The translations under genes were made by a program, and so were the position numbers. The notes under the pieces are model-generated. The model saw only the letters and a list, made by a program, of their open reading frames with translations. It did no database searches and was not told where the DNA came from. Source: Balanoglossus misakiensis (lineage: Eukaryota > Animalia > Hemichordata). From it: a DNA stretch of 64,000 nt. The stretch's first letter is position 1, and the number at the start of each line of letters is the position of its first letter. The stretch is taken from the NCBI GenBank assembly GCA_040954595.2, contig CM082580.2:672783-736782 (forward strand), given 5' to 3'. Positions 14,501-27,454 of this stretch are shown in pieces.

Positions 14501-16076
14501 GCAGAACACTGTCCACTACGGCCTGGTTACTGTGTGCTCTGGTTAATGTTGACGCAAAGGTTGACCCCACCAAACACTCAAAATTAATGGGCAGAACACT
14601 GTCCACTATGGCCTGGTTACTGTGTGCTCTGGTTAATGTTGACGCAAAGGTTGACCCCACCAAACACTCAAAATTAATGGGCAGAACACTGTCCACTACG
14701 GCCTGGTTACTGTGTGCTCTGGTTAATGTTGACGCAAAGGTTGACCCCACCAAACACTCAAAACTAATGGGCAGAACACTGTCCACTATGGCCTGGTTAC
14801 TGTGTGCTCTGGTTAATGTTGACGCAAAGGTTGACCCCACCAAACACTCAAAATTAATGGGCAGAACACTGTCCACTACGGCCTGGTTACTGTGTGCTCT
14901 GGTTAATGTTGACGCAAAGGTTGACCCCACCAAACACTCAAAATTAATGGGCAGAACACTGTCCACTACGGCCTGGTTACTGTGTGCTCTGGTTAATGTT
15001 GACGCAAAGGTTGACCCCACCAAACACTCAAAATTAATGGGCAGAACACTGTCCACTATGGCCTGGTTACTGTGTGCTCTGGTTAATGTTGACGCAAAGG
15101 TTGACCCCACCAAACACTCAAAATTAATGGGCAGCACACTGTCCACTATGGCCTGGTTACTGTGTGCTCTGGTTAATGTTGACGCAAAGGTTGACCCCAC
15201 CAAACACTCAAAATTAATGGGCAGAACACTGTCCACTACGGCCTGGTTACTGTGTGCTCTGGTTAATGTTGACGCAAAGGTTGACCCCACCAAACACTCA
15301 AAATTAATGGGCAGCACACTGTCCACTATGGCCTGGTTACTGTGTGCTCTGGTTAATGTTGACGCAAAGGTTGACCCCACCAAACACTCAAAATTAATGG
15401 GCAGAACACTGTCCACTACGGCCTGGTTACTGTGTGCTCTGGTTAATGTTGACGCAAAGGTTGACCCCACCAAACACTCAAAATTAATGGGCAGAACACT
15501 GTCCACTACGGCCTGGTTACTGTGTGCTCTGGTTAATGTTGACGCAAAGGTTGACCCCACCAAACACTCAAAATTAATGGGCAGAACACTGTCCACTACG
15601 GCCTGGTTACTGTGTGCTCTGGTTAATGTTGACGCAAAGGTTGACCCCACCAAACACTCAAAATTAATGGGCAGAACACTGTCCACTATGGCCTGTTTAC
15701 TGTGTGCTCTGGTTAATGTTGACGCAAAGGTTGACCCCACCAAACACTCAAAATTAATGGGCAGAACACTGTCCACTACGGCCTGGTTACTGTGTGCTCT
15801 GGTTAATGTTGACGCAAAGGTTGACCCCACCAAACACTCAAAATTAATGGGCAGCACACTGTCCACTATGGCCTGGTTACTGTGTGCTCTGGTTAATGTT
15901 GACGCAAAGGTTGACCCCACCAAACACTCAAAATTAATGGGCAGAACACTGTCCACTACGGCCTGGTTACTGTGTGCTCTGGTTAATGTTGACGCAAAGG
16001 TTGACCCCACCAAACACTCAAAATTAATGGGCAGAACACTGTCCACTATGGCCTGGTTACTGTGCGCTCTGGTTAA

Positions 16077-16489
16077 GGATGTACGTTCAGTAAAATTGAA
16101 AGTATTGTCATTTTTTTTAATTGTGGATTTTTGGATTCTCCTTTGTATGTATAATGAAAATCCGTAATAAAATATAGGGGTCACCGCGCTTGTTTTTGAA
16201 ATACAGAGCCATGAATTTAGCCGATAATAGAAGAAAACTGATGACTCAGCATTTTTCACCAATGGTTTGTCTATGGGCAAAATTTTTGACGCAATTTATC
16301 TCAAAATAGAGCGCGGTGACCCCTATATTTTATTTGACCAATGAATTTATATTTGCTGGATTGAGCTATATGTAAAATTTCGTGAAAATGACAATAGTAG
16401 AAGTTTGTTTTCTAGCAATTTTCAATGTAATCCTATGGGAAAAAGACCGGGCGCGCACTGTTTCCGGTTTATGTTCTGCGCGTACATCC
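16077..16489. mobile_element. Kolobok-like MITE (413 bp)
   Basis: TTAA duplicated on both sides (16073-16076, 16490-16493). TIRs GGATGTACG/CGTACATCC. Purine (GG) termini with a TTAA TSD fit Kolobok rather than piggyBac. Confidence 0.85.
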
Positions 16490-19400
16490 TTAATGTTGAC
16501 GCAAAGGTTGACCCCACCAAACACTCAAAATTAATGGGCAGAACACTGTCCACTACGGCCTGGTTACTGTGTGCTCTGGTTAATGTTGACGCAAAGGTTG
16601 ACCCCACCAAACACTCAAAATTAATGGGCAGAACACTGTCCACTACGGCCTGGTTACTGTGTGCTCTGGTTAATGTTGACGCAAAGGTTGACCCCACCAA
16701 ACACTCAAAATTAATGGGCAGAACACTGTCCACTATGGCCTGGTTACTGTGTGCTCTGGTTAATGTTGACGCAAAGGTTGACCCCACCAAACACTCAAAA
16801 TTAATGGGCAGCACACTGTCCACTATGGCCTGGTTACTGTGTGCTCTGGTTAATGTTGACGCAAAGGTTGACCCCACCAAACACTCAAAATTAATGGGCA
16901 GAACACTGTCCACTACGGCCTGGTTACTGTGTGCTCTGGTTAATGTTGACGCAAAGGTTGACCCCACCAAACACTCAAAATTAATGGGCACGATACTGGC
17001 CACTCTGGCCTAGTTAATGTTGACGCAAAGGTTGACCCCACCAAACACTCAAAATTAATGGGCACGATACTGGCCACTCTGGCCTAGTTAATGTTGACGC
17101 AAAGGTTGACCCCACCAAACACTCAAAATTAATGGGCACGATACTGGCCACTCTGGCCTAGTTAATGTTGACGCAAAGGTTGACCCCACCAAACACTCAA
17201 AATTAATGGGCAGAACACTGTCCACTACGGCCTGGTTACTGTGTGCTCTGGTTAATGTTGACGCAAAGGTTGACCCCACCAAACACTCAAAATTAATGGG
17301 CAGAACACTGTCCACTACGGCCTGGTTACTGTGTGCTCTGGTTAATGTTGACGCAAAGGTTGACCCCACCAAACACTCAAAATTAATGGGCAGAACACTG
17401 TCCACTACGGCCTGGTTACTGTGTGCTCTGGTTAATGTTGACGCAAAGGTTGACCCCACCAAACACTCAAAATTAATGGGCAGCACACTGTCCACTATGG
17501 CCTGGTTACTGTGTGCTCTGGTTAATGTTGACGCAAAGGTTGACCCCACCAAACACTCAAAATTAATGGGCAGAACACTGTCCACTACGGCCTGGTTACT
17601 GTGTGCTCTGGTTAATGTTGACGCAAAGGTTGACCCCCATCAAACACTCAAAATTAATGGGCACGATACTGGCCACTCTGGCCTGGTTACTGTGTGCTCT
17701 GGTTAATGTTGACGCAAAGGTTGACCCCACCAAACACTCAAAATTAATGGGCAGAACACTGTCCACTACGGCCTGGTTACTGTGTGCTCTGGTTAATGTT
17801 GACGCAAAGGTTGACCCCACCAAACACTCAAAATTAATGGGCAGAACACTGTCCACTATGGCCTGGTTACTGTGTGCTCTGGTTAATGTTGACGCAAAGG
17901 TTGACCCCACCAAACACTCAAAATTAATGGGCAGAACACTGTCCACTACGGCCTGGTTACTGTGTGCTCTGGTTAATGTTGACGCAAAGGTTGACCCCAC
18001 CAAACACTCAAAATTAATGGGCAGCACACTGTCCACTATGGCCTGGTTACTGTGTGCTCTGGTTAATGTTGACGCAAAGGTTGACCCCACCAAACACTCA
18101 AAATTAATGGGCAGAACACTGTCCACTACGGCCTGGTTACTGTGTGCTCTGGTTAATGTTGACGCAAAGGTTGACCCCACCAAACACTCAAAATTAATGG
18201 GCAGAACACTGTCCACTACGGCCTGGTTACTGTGTGCTCTGGTTAATGTTGACGCAAAGGTTGACCCCACCAAACACTCAAAATTAATGGGCAGCACACT
18301 GTCCACTATGGCCTGGTTACTGTGTGCTCTGGTTAATGTTGACGCAAAGGTTGACCCCACCAAACACTCAAAATTAATGGGCAGAACACTGTCCACTACG
18401 GCCTGGTTACTGTGTGCTCTGGTTAATGTTGACGCAAAGGTTGACCCCCATCAAACACTCAAAATTAATGGGCACGATACTGGCCACTCTGGCCTGGTTA
18501 CTGTGTGCTCTGGTTAATGTTGACGCAAAGGTTGACCCCACCAAACACTCAAAATTAATGGGCAGAACACTGTCCACTACGGCCTGGTTACTGTGTGCTC
18601 TGGTTAATGTTGACGCAAAGGTTGACCCCACCAAACACTCAAAATTAATGGGCAGAACACTGTCCACTATGGCCTGGTTACTGTGTGCTCTGGTTAATGT
18701 TGACGCAAAGGTTGACCCCACCAAACACTCAAAATTAATGGGCAGAACACTGTCCACTACGGCCTGGTTACTGTGTGCTCTGGTTAATGTTGACGCAAAG
18801 GTTGACCCCACCAAACACTCAAAATTAATGGGCAGCACACTGTCCACTATGGCCTGGTTACTGTGTGCTCTGGTTAATGTTGACGCAAAGGTTGACCCCA
18901 CCAAACACTCAAAATTAATGGGCAGAACACTGTCCACTACGGCCTGGTTACTGTGTGCTCTGGTTAATGTTGACGCAAAGGTTGACCCCACCAAACACTC
19001 AAAATTAATGGGCACGATACTGGCCACTCTGGCCTAGTTAATGTTGACGCAAAGGTTGACCCCACCAAACACTCAAAATTAATGGGCACGATACTGGCCA
19101 CTCTGGCCTAGTTAATGTTGACGCAAAGGTTGACCCCACCAAACACTCAAAATTAATGGGCACGATACTGGCCACTCTGGCCTAGTTAATGTTGACGCAA
19201 AGGTTGACCCCACCAAACACTCAAAATTAATGGGCAGAACACTGTCCACTACGGCCTGGTTACTGTGTGCTCTGGTTAATGTTGACGCAAAGGTTGACCC
19301 CACCAAACACTCAAAATTAATGGGCAGAACACTGTCCACTACGGCCTGGTTACTGTGTGCTCTGGTTAATGTTGACGCAAAGGTTGACCCCACCAAACAC

Positions 19401-19814
19401 TCAAAATTAATGGGCAGAACACTGTCCACTACGGCCTGGTTACTGTGTGCTCTGGTTAATGTTGACGCAAAGGTTGACCCCACCAAACACTCAAAATTAA
19501 TGGGCAGCACACTGTCCACTATGGCCTGGTTACTGTGTGCTCTGGTTAATGTTGACGCAAAGGTTGACCCCACCAAACACTCAAAATTAATGGGCAGAAC
19601 ACTGTCCACTACGGCCTGGTTACTGTGTGCTCTGGTTAATGTTGACGCAAAGGTTGACCCCCATCAAACACTCAAAATTAATGGGCACGATACTGGCCAC
19701 TCTGGCCTGGTTACTGTGTGCTCTGGTTAATGTTGACGCAAAGGTTGACCCCACCAAACACTCAAAATTAATGGGCAGAACACTGTCCACTACGGCCTGG
19801 TTACTGTGTGCTCT

Positions 19815-21927
19815 CCCTTACCAAAATCGGGTGCACCCGAAAGGCACCCGAAAGAACACACCCCGGGTGCACCTTTGGTGGCACCCGAAACACACCCCTC
19901 AGAACACACCCGAAACCACCTTAAATTGGACACTTTAGGTGTGTTTCGGGTGTACAAAACAGGTGCATTATAGGTGCACCCGAAAGGCACCCGAAATAGA
20001 GCACACCCGAGGTGCACCTTAGGTGGCACCTAAAACACACCCGTATGATATGGTATGGATGCACCTGAAACACACCCGGAACAACATACTCCGGGTGCAC
20101 TTTAGGTGGCACCTAAAACACACCTGAATGATATTATGCAGTTGCTGCAGTGGCTCATACACACACACACACAATGTGAAAAAAACAGCCAATACAATTA
20201 TTGTTCAATAAAACTAAAAGTCAATATATTGCTAATTGTAAACTTAATAAAGTTCTTTTGTACAGTACAGTAAAAATAAAATGAAGGACAAAATGGTAGA
20301 GCTACATAGTACAGTTCGACTGGCTATGTACAAACACTTGTAATCTACACTAAGTTCGATGGAAATGTGGTCACCGTGATCAGAATATAGTCAGTGGTTT
20401 CACAGCAATAATAAAGTTATCCGAGGCATGCTGCTTCACATTTCTGTCCGGGAACGATATTATGCAACGTACATGCAATGTCCACGCCATTTTGAATGAA
20501 CCATTCTCGCGGATGCTCGTCCATGCATCATCGTCCTTAAATGGCGATCGAGATTTCTTGTAATGAGTACGGTCAAATCAACATCTATCAATGGACATAC
20601 CACAGGAGTAGGTGTTCGTTCAAAACGCGTTTGGTACTTACAATCGTCCGAGTCGTATCAAAACGCGATGTGTTTGAATGCGACTGTTTACTGACATCGA
20701 GAATGGCGGCCACATTGTTATGACCGCGTCGACCGATGCGCGTGATGAACGTACGTGACTGACCTCCCTTGTCATGATCTTACGTGTTTTGATGTCCGCA
20801 CGTCATCTCTGACGCCTAAAGTAGTCGGAACAACGAAACGATTTCACAAATTTTGCTAAAACTGCGTCGAAATGGCTTTCCGACATTGACTTCCGTGTCT
20901 ACACTGTGGACTCGCCAGTATGACTGTTCAATGACGTTATTATGAATGGACCAATCCGGTTACGTATGTTAATGACGTCCCGGGTCAAAAGTCAAGTATT
21001 GTATTTCGGCCAGTACAACTTGCAAGGGTTGTAGATTGTGGTGAATAAATCGTGGAAAACTTTTATTAAAATCGTGATCTCCAAAATAAAGAGACAGAAC
21101 TTGATTTTGTGCGATATTCCAGTACATATAAATAAAAAAAATGTTTTTTATTCCTTGGAGCTGTGTTAATTATTTAATAAAATATATTCAGAAATTTTCC
21201 AACTTCAACAGATGATATAATTTTTCATCAACTAACTGATGTGAAAAAGTTGCAAAGTCTAAAGCGGGTGTGTTATGGGTGCCTTCTCGATGTGAAAAAC
21301 TTGCAAAGTCGAAAGCGGGTGTGTTTTTGGTGCCTTCCCGGTGTAAAAAAGTTGCAAAGTCGAAAGCGGGTGTGTTATGGGTGCCTTCTTGATGTGAAAA
21401 ACTTGCAAAGTCGAAAGCGGGTGTGTTATGGGTGCCTTCTTGATGTGAAAAACTTGCAAAGTCGAAAGCGGGTGTGTTATGGGTGCCTTCTCGATGTGAA
21501 AAACTTGCAAAGTCGAAAGCGGGTGTGTTTTTGGTGCCTTCCCGGTGTAAAAAAGTTGCAAAGTCGAAAGCGGGTGTGTTATGGGTGCCTTCTTGATGTG
21601 AAAAAGTTGCAAAGTCGATAGCGGGTGTGTTTTGGGTGCCTTCCCGATGTGAAAAAGTTGCAAAGTCTAAAGCGGGTGTGTTTTGGGTGCCTTAACGGCC
21701 AGTGCTGATTTCAGGAGGTGTATTTCGGGTGCACCCGTAAGACACCTATTCAGTTTATGTTGTAGGGGTGGATTTCGGGTGGGTTAGACCACCCACCCAA
21801 AACCCACCTCATCTTACAGTGGTGTGTTTTAGGTAGGTTACGGGTGGGTCTAAGTGCAATTGGTGTGTTTTGGGTGTATTTTAGGTGCACCCGAGGTGCA
21901 CCCGAGCACTCGGAAATTTGGTAAGGG
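19815..21927. mobile_element. Non-autonomous CMC/EnSpm(CACTA)-like DNA transposon (2.1 kb)
   Basis: Termini CCCTTACCAAA...TTTGGTAAGGG with a 2-bp TSD (CT). Multiple subterminal GGTGCACC/CACCCGAA repeats at both ends. No transposase ORF. Confidence 0.8.
21238..21692. repeat. 51-bp minisatellite (~9 copies) inside the CMC-like element
   Basis: Unit gatgtgaaaaasttgcaaagtcgaaagcgggtgtgttatgggtgccttcty; gives the 17-aa periodic ORFs in the track. Confidence 0.93.
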
Positions 21928-24541
21928 CTGGTTAATGTTGACGCAAAGGTTGACCCCACCAAACACTCAAAATTAATGGGCAGAACACTGTCCACTATGG
22001 CCTGGTTACTGTGTGCTCTGGTTAATGTTGACGCAAAGGTTGACCCCACCAAACACTCAAAATTAATGGGCAGAACACTGTCCACTACGGCCTGGTTACT
22101 GTGTGCTCTGGTTAATGTTGACGCAAAGGTTGACCCCACCAAACACTCAAAATTAATGGGCAGCACACTGTCCACTATGGCCTGGTTACTGTGTGCTCTG
22201 GTTAATGTTGACGCAAAGGTTGACCCCACCAAACACTCAAAATTAATGGGCAGAACACTGTCCACTACGGCCTGGTTACTGTGTGCTCTGGTTAATGTTG
22301 ACGCAAAGGTTGACCCCACCAAACACTCAAAATTAATGGGCAGAACACTGTCCACTACGGCCTGGTTACTGTGTGCTCTGGTTAATGTTGACGCAAAGGT
22401 TGACCCCACCAAACACTCAAAATTAATGGGCAGCACACTGTCCACTATGGCCTGGTTACTGTGTGCTCTGGTTAATGTTGACGCAAAGGTTGACCCCACC
22501 AAACACTCAAAATTAATGGGCAGAACACTGTCCACTACGGCCTGGTTACTGTGTGTTCTGGTTAATGTTGACGCAAAGGTTGACCCCCATCAAACACTCA
22601 AAATTAATGGGCACGATACTGGCCACTCTGGCCTGGTTACTGTGTGCTCTGGTTAATGTTGACGCAAAGGTTGACCCCACCAAACACTCAAAATTAATGG
22701 GCAGAACACTGTCCACTACGGCCTGGTTACTGTGTGCTCTGGTTAATGTTGACGCAAAGGTTGACCCCACCAAACACTCAAAAGGTTGACCCCACCAAAC
22801 ACTCAAAATTAATGGCAGAACACTGTCCACTATGGCCTGGTTTACTGTGTGCTCTGGTTAATGTTGACGCAAAGGTTGACCCCACCAAACACTCAAAATT
22901 AATGGGCAGAACACTGTCCACTACGGCCTGGTTACTGTGTGCTCTGGTTAATGTTGACGCAAAGGTTGACCCCACCAAACACTCAAAATTAATGGGCAGC
23001 ACACTGTCCACTATGGCCTGGTTACTGTGTGCTCTGGTTAATGTTGACGCAAAGGTTGACCCCACCAAACACTCAAAATTAATGGGCAGAACACTGTCCA
23101 CTAAGCCTGGTTACTGTGTGCTCTGGTTAATGTTGACGCAAAGGTTGACCCCACCAAACACTCAAAATTAATGGGCAGAACACTGTCCACTACGGCCTGG
23201 TTACTGTGTGCTCTGGTTAATGTTGACGCAAAGGTTGACCCCACCAAACACTCAAAATTAATGGGCAGAACACTGTCCACTACGGCCTGGTTACTGTGTG
23301 CTCTGGTTAATGTTGACGCAAAGGTTGACCCCACCAAACACTCAAAATTAATGGGCAGCACACTGTCCACTATGGCCTGGTTACTGTGTGCTCTGGTTAA
23401 TGGTGACGGCAAAGGTTGACCCCACCAAACACTCAAAATTAATGGGCAGAACACTGTCCACTACGGCCTGGGTTACTGTGTGCTCTGGTTAATGTTGACG
23501 CAAAGGTTGACCCCACCAAACACTCAAAATTAATGGACACGATACTGGCCACTCTGGCCTAGTTAATGTTGACGCAAAGGTTGACCCCACCAAACACTCA
23601 AAATTAATGGGCACGATTACTGGCCACTCTGGCCTAGTTAATGTTGACGCAAAGGTTGACCCCACCAAACACTCAAAATTAATGGGCACGATACTGGCCA
23701 CTCTGGCCTAGTTAATGTTGACGCAAAGGTTGACCCCACCAAACACTCAAAATTAATGGGCACGATACTGGCCACTCTGGCCTACTGTGTGCTCTGTTAA
23801 TGTTGACGCAAAGGTTGACCCCACCAAACACTCAAAATTAATGGGCAGAACACTGTCCACTACGGCCTGGTTACTGTGTGCTCTGGTTAATGTTGACGCA
23901 AAGGTTGACCCCACCAAACACTCAAAATTAATGGGCAGAACACTGTCCACTACGGCCTGGTTACTGTGTGCTCTGGTTAATGTTGACGCAAAGTTGACCC
24001 CAACCACACTCAAAATTAATGGGCAGAACACTTAATGTTGACCAAGGTTGACCCCACCAAACACTCAAAATTAATGGGCAGCACACTGTCCACTATGGCC
24101 TGGTTACTGTGTGCTCTGGTTAATGTTGACGCAAAGGTTGACCCCACCAAACACTCAAAATTAATGGGCAGAACACTGTCCACTACGGCCTGGTTACTGT
24201 GTGCTCTGGTTAATGTTGACGCAAAGGTTGACCCCCATCAAACACTCAAAATTAATGGGCACGATACTGGCCACTCTGGCCTGGTTACTGTGTGCTCTGG
24301 TTAATGTTAATGGTAGGTCGTGGCTGTCTCATTTCAGGGATTTGTGGACTAAATGTCAATCTTTGTACTATTCGTACATGAAACTTTTCTTTCAAATACA
24401 ACTTACAGACCAACATAGACAGTCATGCTTATATAAGTATGACTATCTATTAAAGTAACATTCATATCATGATTGTTGTTTTACACTGTGTTTTCAAAGT
24501 AATTGTTGCAGTAAACCAATTGCCTTGCTTGGAAATATTAA

Positions 24542-24648
24542 AAGGGAAGTCCTGTCCAGCTGATTTATGCATAATTTCTACACAATGTTTTTTTCTGAAA
24601 GAATGACCTCAAAGCTACCCAATTATGTAGCTGAACCGGACTTCCCCT
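24542..24648. mobile_element. Very short Kolobok-like MITE
   Basis: TTAA-aagggaagtcc...ggacttcccct-TTAA. A related end fragment lies at ~28195-28277. Confidence 0.6.
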
Positions 24649-25163
24649 TTAAATGCTACCAGTGAGCTTGTTTGTCTTTGTAAATACACTCAAGTATTAA
24701 TCCCCTTTTTCTCAGAATTCAATGCATCTTCATGCCATGAGGTGAGAGGACACTTTTGTTAGCAGGAGGGAAACAAATCCAAAATAAATAATAACAGTGC
24801 AAAGTTGGTCTGCTGACTTTCTCCACATTTCATTATTGAATTACGGCAAAATTATGAAATCCAATTATGAAATTCAGCTTTTTGTCCACTTTTTGTTGCT
24901 GCAAATTCATTGCGGTATAAAGGTCAATAATATGACAAATCTTGGTTAAAAGTATACAGTCACCTTCAATACACATTCCCATATATGGCTGAATGGCGTA
25001 TTTGAGCATTCTAAAGAACATATGGTGGCGCCTGTTTTCCACGTGTGCCACCAAATGAAAATCTGTGATTGGCTAGATTTCAATTTTCCATGGTAACTAT
25101 ATATAGCTAATTTTCCATGGGTGATCATATACCTTTAACTCTATAGTTTAACATGATACTTAC

Positions 25164-25349
25164 GAACACATGATTGGTTAAAAGTGTAGACATCATACAT
25201 TGAGAGACCAGTTTCTCCAGGTGGCAGATAGAATCCACCTGTGCCGTTATTTGCATATAAGAGATAGCCTTCTTCACAGGAACATTGAAAACCACCTGCA
25301 GTGTTTTTACAAAGTTGATCACAAGAATGTGAAGCACATTCATTTATAT
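25164..25349 (-). CDS. Exon: calcium-binding EGF domain with Uif-type insert (not in ORF track)
   Basis: DINECASHSCDQLCKNTAGGFQCSCEEGYLLYANNGTGGFYLPPGETGLSMYDVYTFNQSCV; 186 nt; AG/GT sites. Confidence 0.88.
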
Positions 25350-25379
25350 CTACAAAGAAGGAACATGGATTGGATTAAA

Positions 25380-25750
25380 ACAATGTACGTTCAGTAAAAT
25401 TGAAAGTATTGTCATTTCTTTTAATCGTGAATTTTGGGATTATCTTGTGTACGTACAAGATGAATCTGTGATAAAATAAAGGCGTCACCTTGCTTGCTTT
25501 TGAAATACAAGGCCATTAATTTAGTTGATAATAGAAGAAACCTGCTGACTCAGCATGGTTCACCAATGGTTTGTCTATGGACAAAAACCTTAAAGAAATT
25601 TATCTCAAAATAGAGCATTGTAATCACACAATTTTATTTGACCAATGAATTTATATTTACTAGACTGAGCTATGTGTAAAATTTCGTGAAAATGACAATA
25701 GTAGAAGTTTGTTTTCTAGCAATTATCAATGTAATCCTATGAGAAAAAGA
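25380..25750 (+). mobile_element. Diverged copy of the 16077-16489 Kolobok-like MITE
   Basis: atgtacgttcagtaaaattgaaagtattgtcattt...caatgtaatcctatg is collinear with 16079-16440; the right TIR is missing. Confidence 0.75.
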
Positions 25751-25870
25751 CACCTGAGATTAAAAGGTCATTCCAAAAATTTATCCAGAATTCTGAAATA
25801 AGTTCGGAATGTGTTAAATGTGAAAATAGTGACTTGAAGTTATGTTGCAAGTGACTTGATTATGTCTCAC

Positions 25871-25999
25871 CTTTGCATGCTGTTCTATTCACATCTGGTT
25901 CAAATCCCACCAAACATGCACACTGATAGTCACCATCTCTATTTTCACAGACTTGATTGATTCCACACCGTGCCACCAATGTACTACATTCATTGATAT
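25871..25999 (-). CDS. Exon: calcium-binding EGF domain
   Basis: DINECSTLVARCGINQVCENRDGDYQCACLVGFEPDVNRTACK; 129 nt, phase 1-1. Confidence 0.88.
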
Positions 26000-26477
26000 C
26001 TGAAATGTTATTTATCAAGATATGATCAAAATCCCACAGGTCCGCTGGTAAATTCAGACCAACAAGTTTAGCTGGGAACCACCAGACCAACAGGAAATTT
26101 TCACAAACAAATTTTCGCGAACTATGCAAGAGCCAAAAAAAAAAAGACATTTTTGCGTAAAAAACTATTTTCAGTGATAACAATGTAGTGAAATACGAGA
26201 ACATGAAAATTAATCGTCTCATAACAGTTTCTGCTTTTGATATCGCAAAAAATTTCTTTGTCGCGAAAATTTCCTGTTTTACAGTAATCAATGAAAAATA
26301 AAATTACGAAAATCATGAAATTTCTGACAGCCATAGATTTGCATGGCATGAACTGTATGTCCTATCAGCATGTAGTTTAGGTGACATTTATGATAAATAG
26401 TCAAATTACTGGAGTGATCGATTACGGTACCTCATAAGCAGACAACCACATGAAGACCAATCTTGATGTGAACTTAC

Positions 26478-26660
26478 CAATGCATGATGGTATTGCACTA
26501 TTCCACTGTAAATCGGATTGACAAGTCAGGTAATCAGCACCATTTAATTCATAGCCAGCATTACAATAGAATGTGATGTTACTGCCCATATAATATGGTC
26601 CACTATCAGGGACAGCTTGTAGATGTGGGTCTGTTATGAGTATATCACTGCAGTTCAATC
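26478..26660 (-). CDS. Exon: CCP/sushi domain
   Basis: LNCSD...GSNITFYCNAGYELNGADYLTCQSDLQWNSAIPSCI; 183 nt, phase 1-1. Confidence 0.87.
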
Positions 26661-26789
26661 CTGCAAGTAAAAAAAATAAAACACTATGTGGATGCAGACT
26701 TGATTGTGGTATATATATTGGGTATCTGTATTCTGTCACAACTTTAACATTTTCACCCCAAGTTCCCACTATAAAAGTCCAGATACCAT

Positions 26790-26957
26790 TGACTCCTTTT
26801 TTTCAATTATCGACTAAATTCATGACTCTGTATTTCAAAAACAAGCGTGGTGACCCCTATATTTTATCACAAATTTTCATTATACATACATAGGATAATC
26901 CAAAAATTAACAATTAAAAGAAATGACCATATTTTCAATTTTACTGAATGTACATCC
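26790..26957 (-). mobile_element. Truncated inverted copy of the same Kolobok-like MITE
   Basis: Ends ttttcaattttactgaatgtacatcc-TTAA, the reverse complement of the 16077 left end. Confidence 0.7.
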
Positions 26958-26970
26958 TTAAATGACTTAC

Positions 26971-27153
26971 GTTGACAGTATCCTGGATCTCCAATCCATG
27001 ATCCATCTTCACCACATGTAGAGACAGTGTAGCCAGTCAGACTGTAGCCAGATGGACATGAGTAGGCAATGGTTGTTCCAAAAATCAATGAATCACCATT
27101 AACAATTTCATATGATAAGTAGTTGTCTACATTCGGTGGTGGACACTCGCGAG
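26971..27153 (-). CDS. Exon: CCP/sushi domain
   Basis: RECPPP...FGTTIAYSCPSGYSLTGYTVSTCGEDGSWIGDPGYCQ; 183 nt, phase 1-1. Confidence 0.87.
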
Positions 27154-27454
27154 CTGTTTGGATAAGATGAACAGATAACATTACAAGTGTGTTAATACTA
27201 GGAAAATGGTTTAAAGGGACATGTAGCAGTAACCCTCACAATCCTGCATATTTTCAAGTTACCAGTGTCTGGTTTAACATTCAGTGTGTAATGTCCCAAT
27301 TAGACACCCATGTGGAATGTAGCAACCAGCACAAAGTGCCCCATCATAACGCTATGGAGAGAATTTCAACTTGAGTCAGTGATTTTTATGAAAACATGAC
27401 AGTGAACACCCTGTGTTATACTTTGTTTTCAAAACGACTCATCACACACTTTAA

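Larger units (their letters stand above)
1..24310. repeat. Tandem satellite, 90-bp monomer with interspersed 74-bp variant monomers
   Basis: Monomer ttaatgttgacgcaaaggttgaccccaccaaacactcaaaattaatgggcagaacactgtccactaYggcctggttactgtgtgctctgg repeats near-identically. The 74-bp variant lacks ttactgtgtgctctgg and has cacgatactggccactctggcctag. The array runs off the window start and ends near 24310. Confidence 0.98.

Noticed and set aside
11499-16280. ORF with unique N- and C-termini flanking the repeat
   Set aside because: The unique ends are read-through into the Kolobok-like and P-like MITEs.
16077-16489. piggyBac assignment for TTAA-flanked elements
   Set aside because: Termini start with purines (GG/AG), not CC(Y), which fits Kolobok better.
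21241-21663. Cys-rich 17-aa repeat protein
   Set aside because: Translation of the 51-bp minisatellite inside a non-autonomous TE.
1-24304. Long ORFs on both strands with a 30-aa repeat (up to 1593 aa)
   Set aside because: A 90-bp monomer without a stop in a given frame automatically gives long ORFs. Frames are broken by 74-bp units, indels and TE insertions, and there are no splice signals or domains.
1-24310. CRISPR-like or coded-variant array
   Set aside because: There are no unique spacers, only a few recurrent SNPs explained by HOR duplication. The context is eukaryotic and no cas genes are present.
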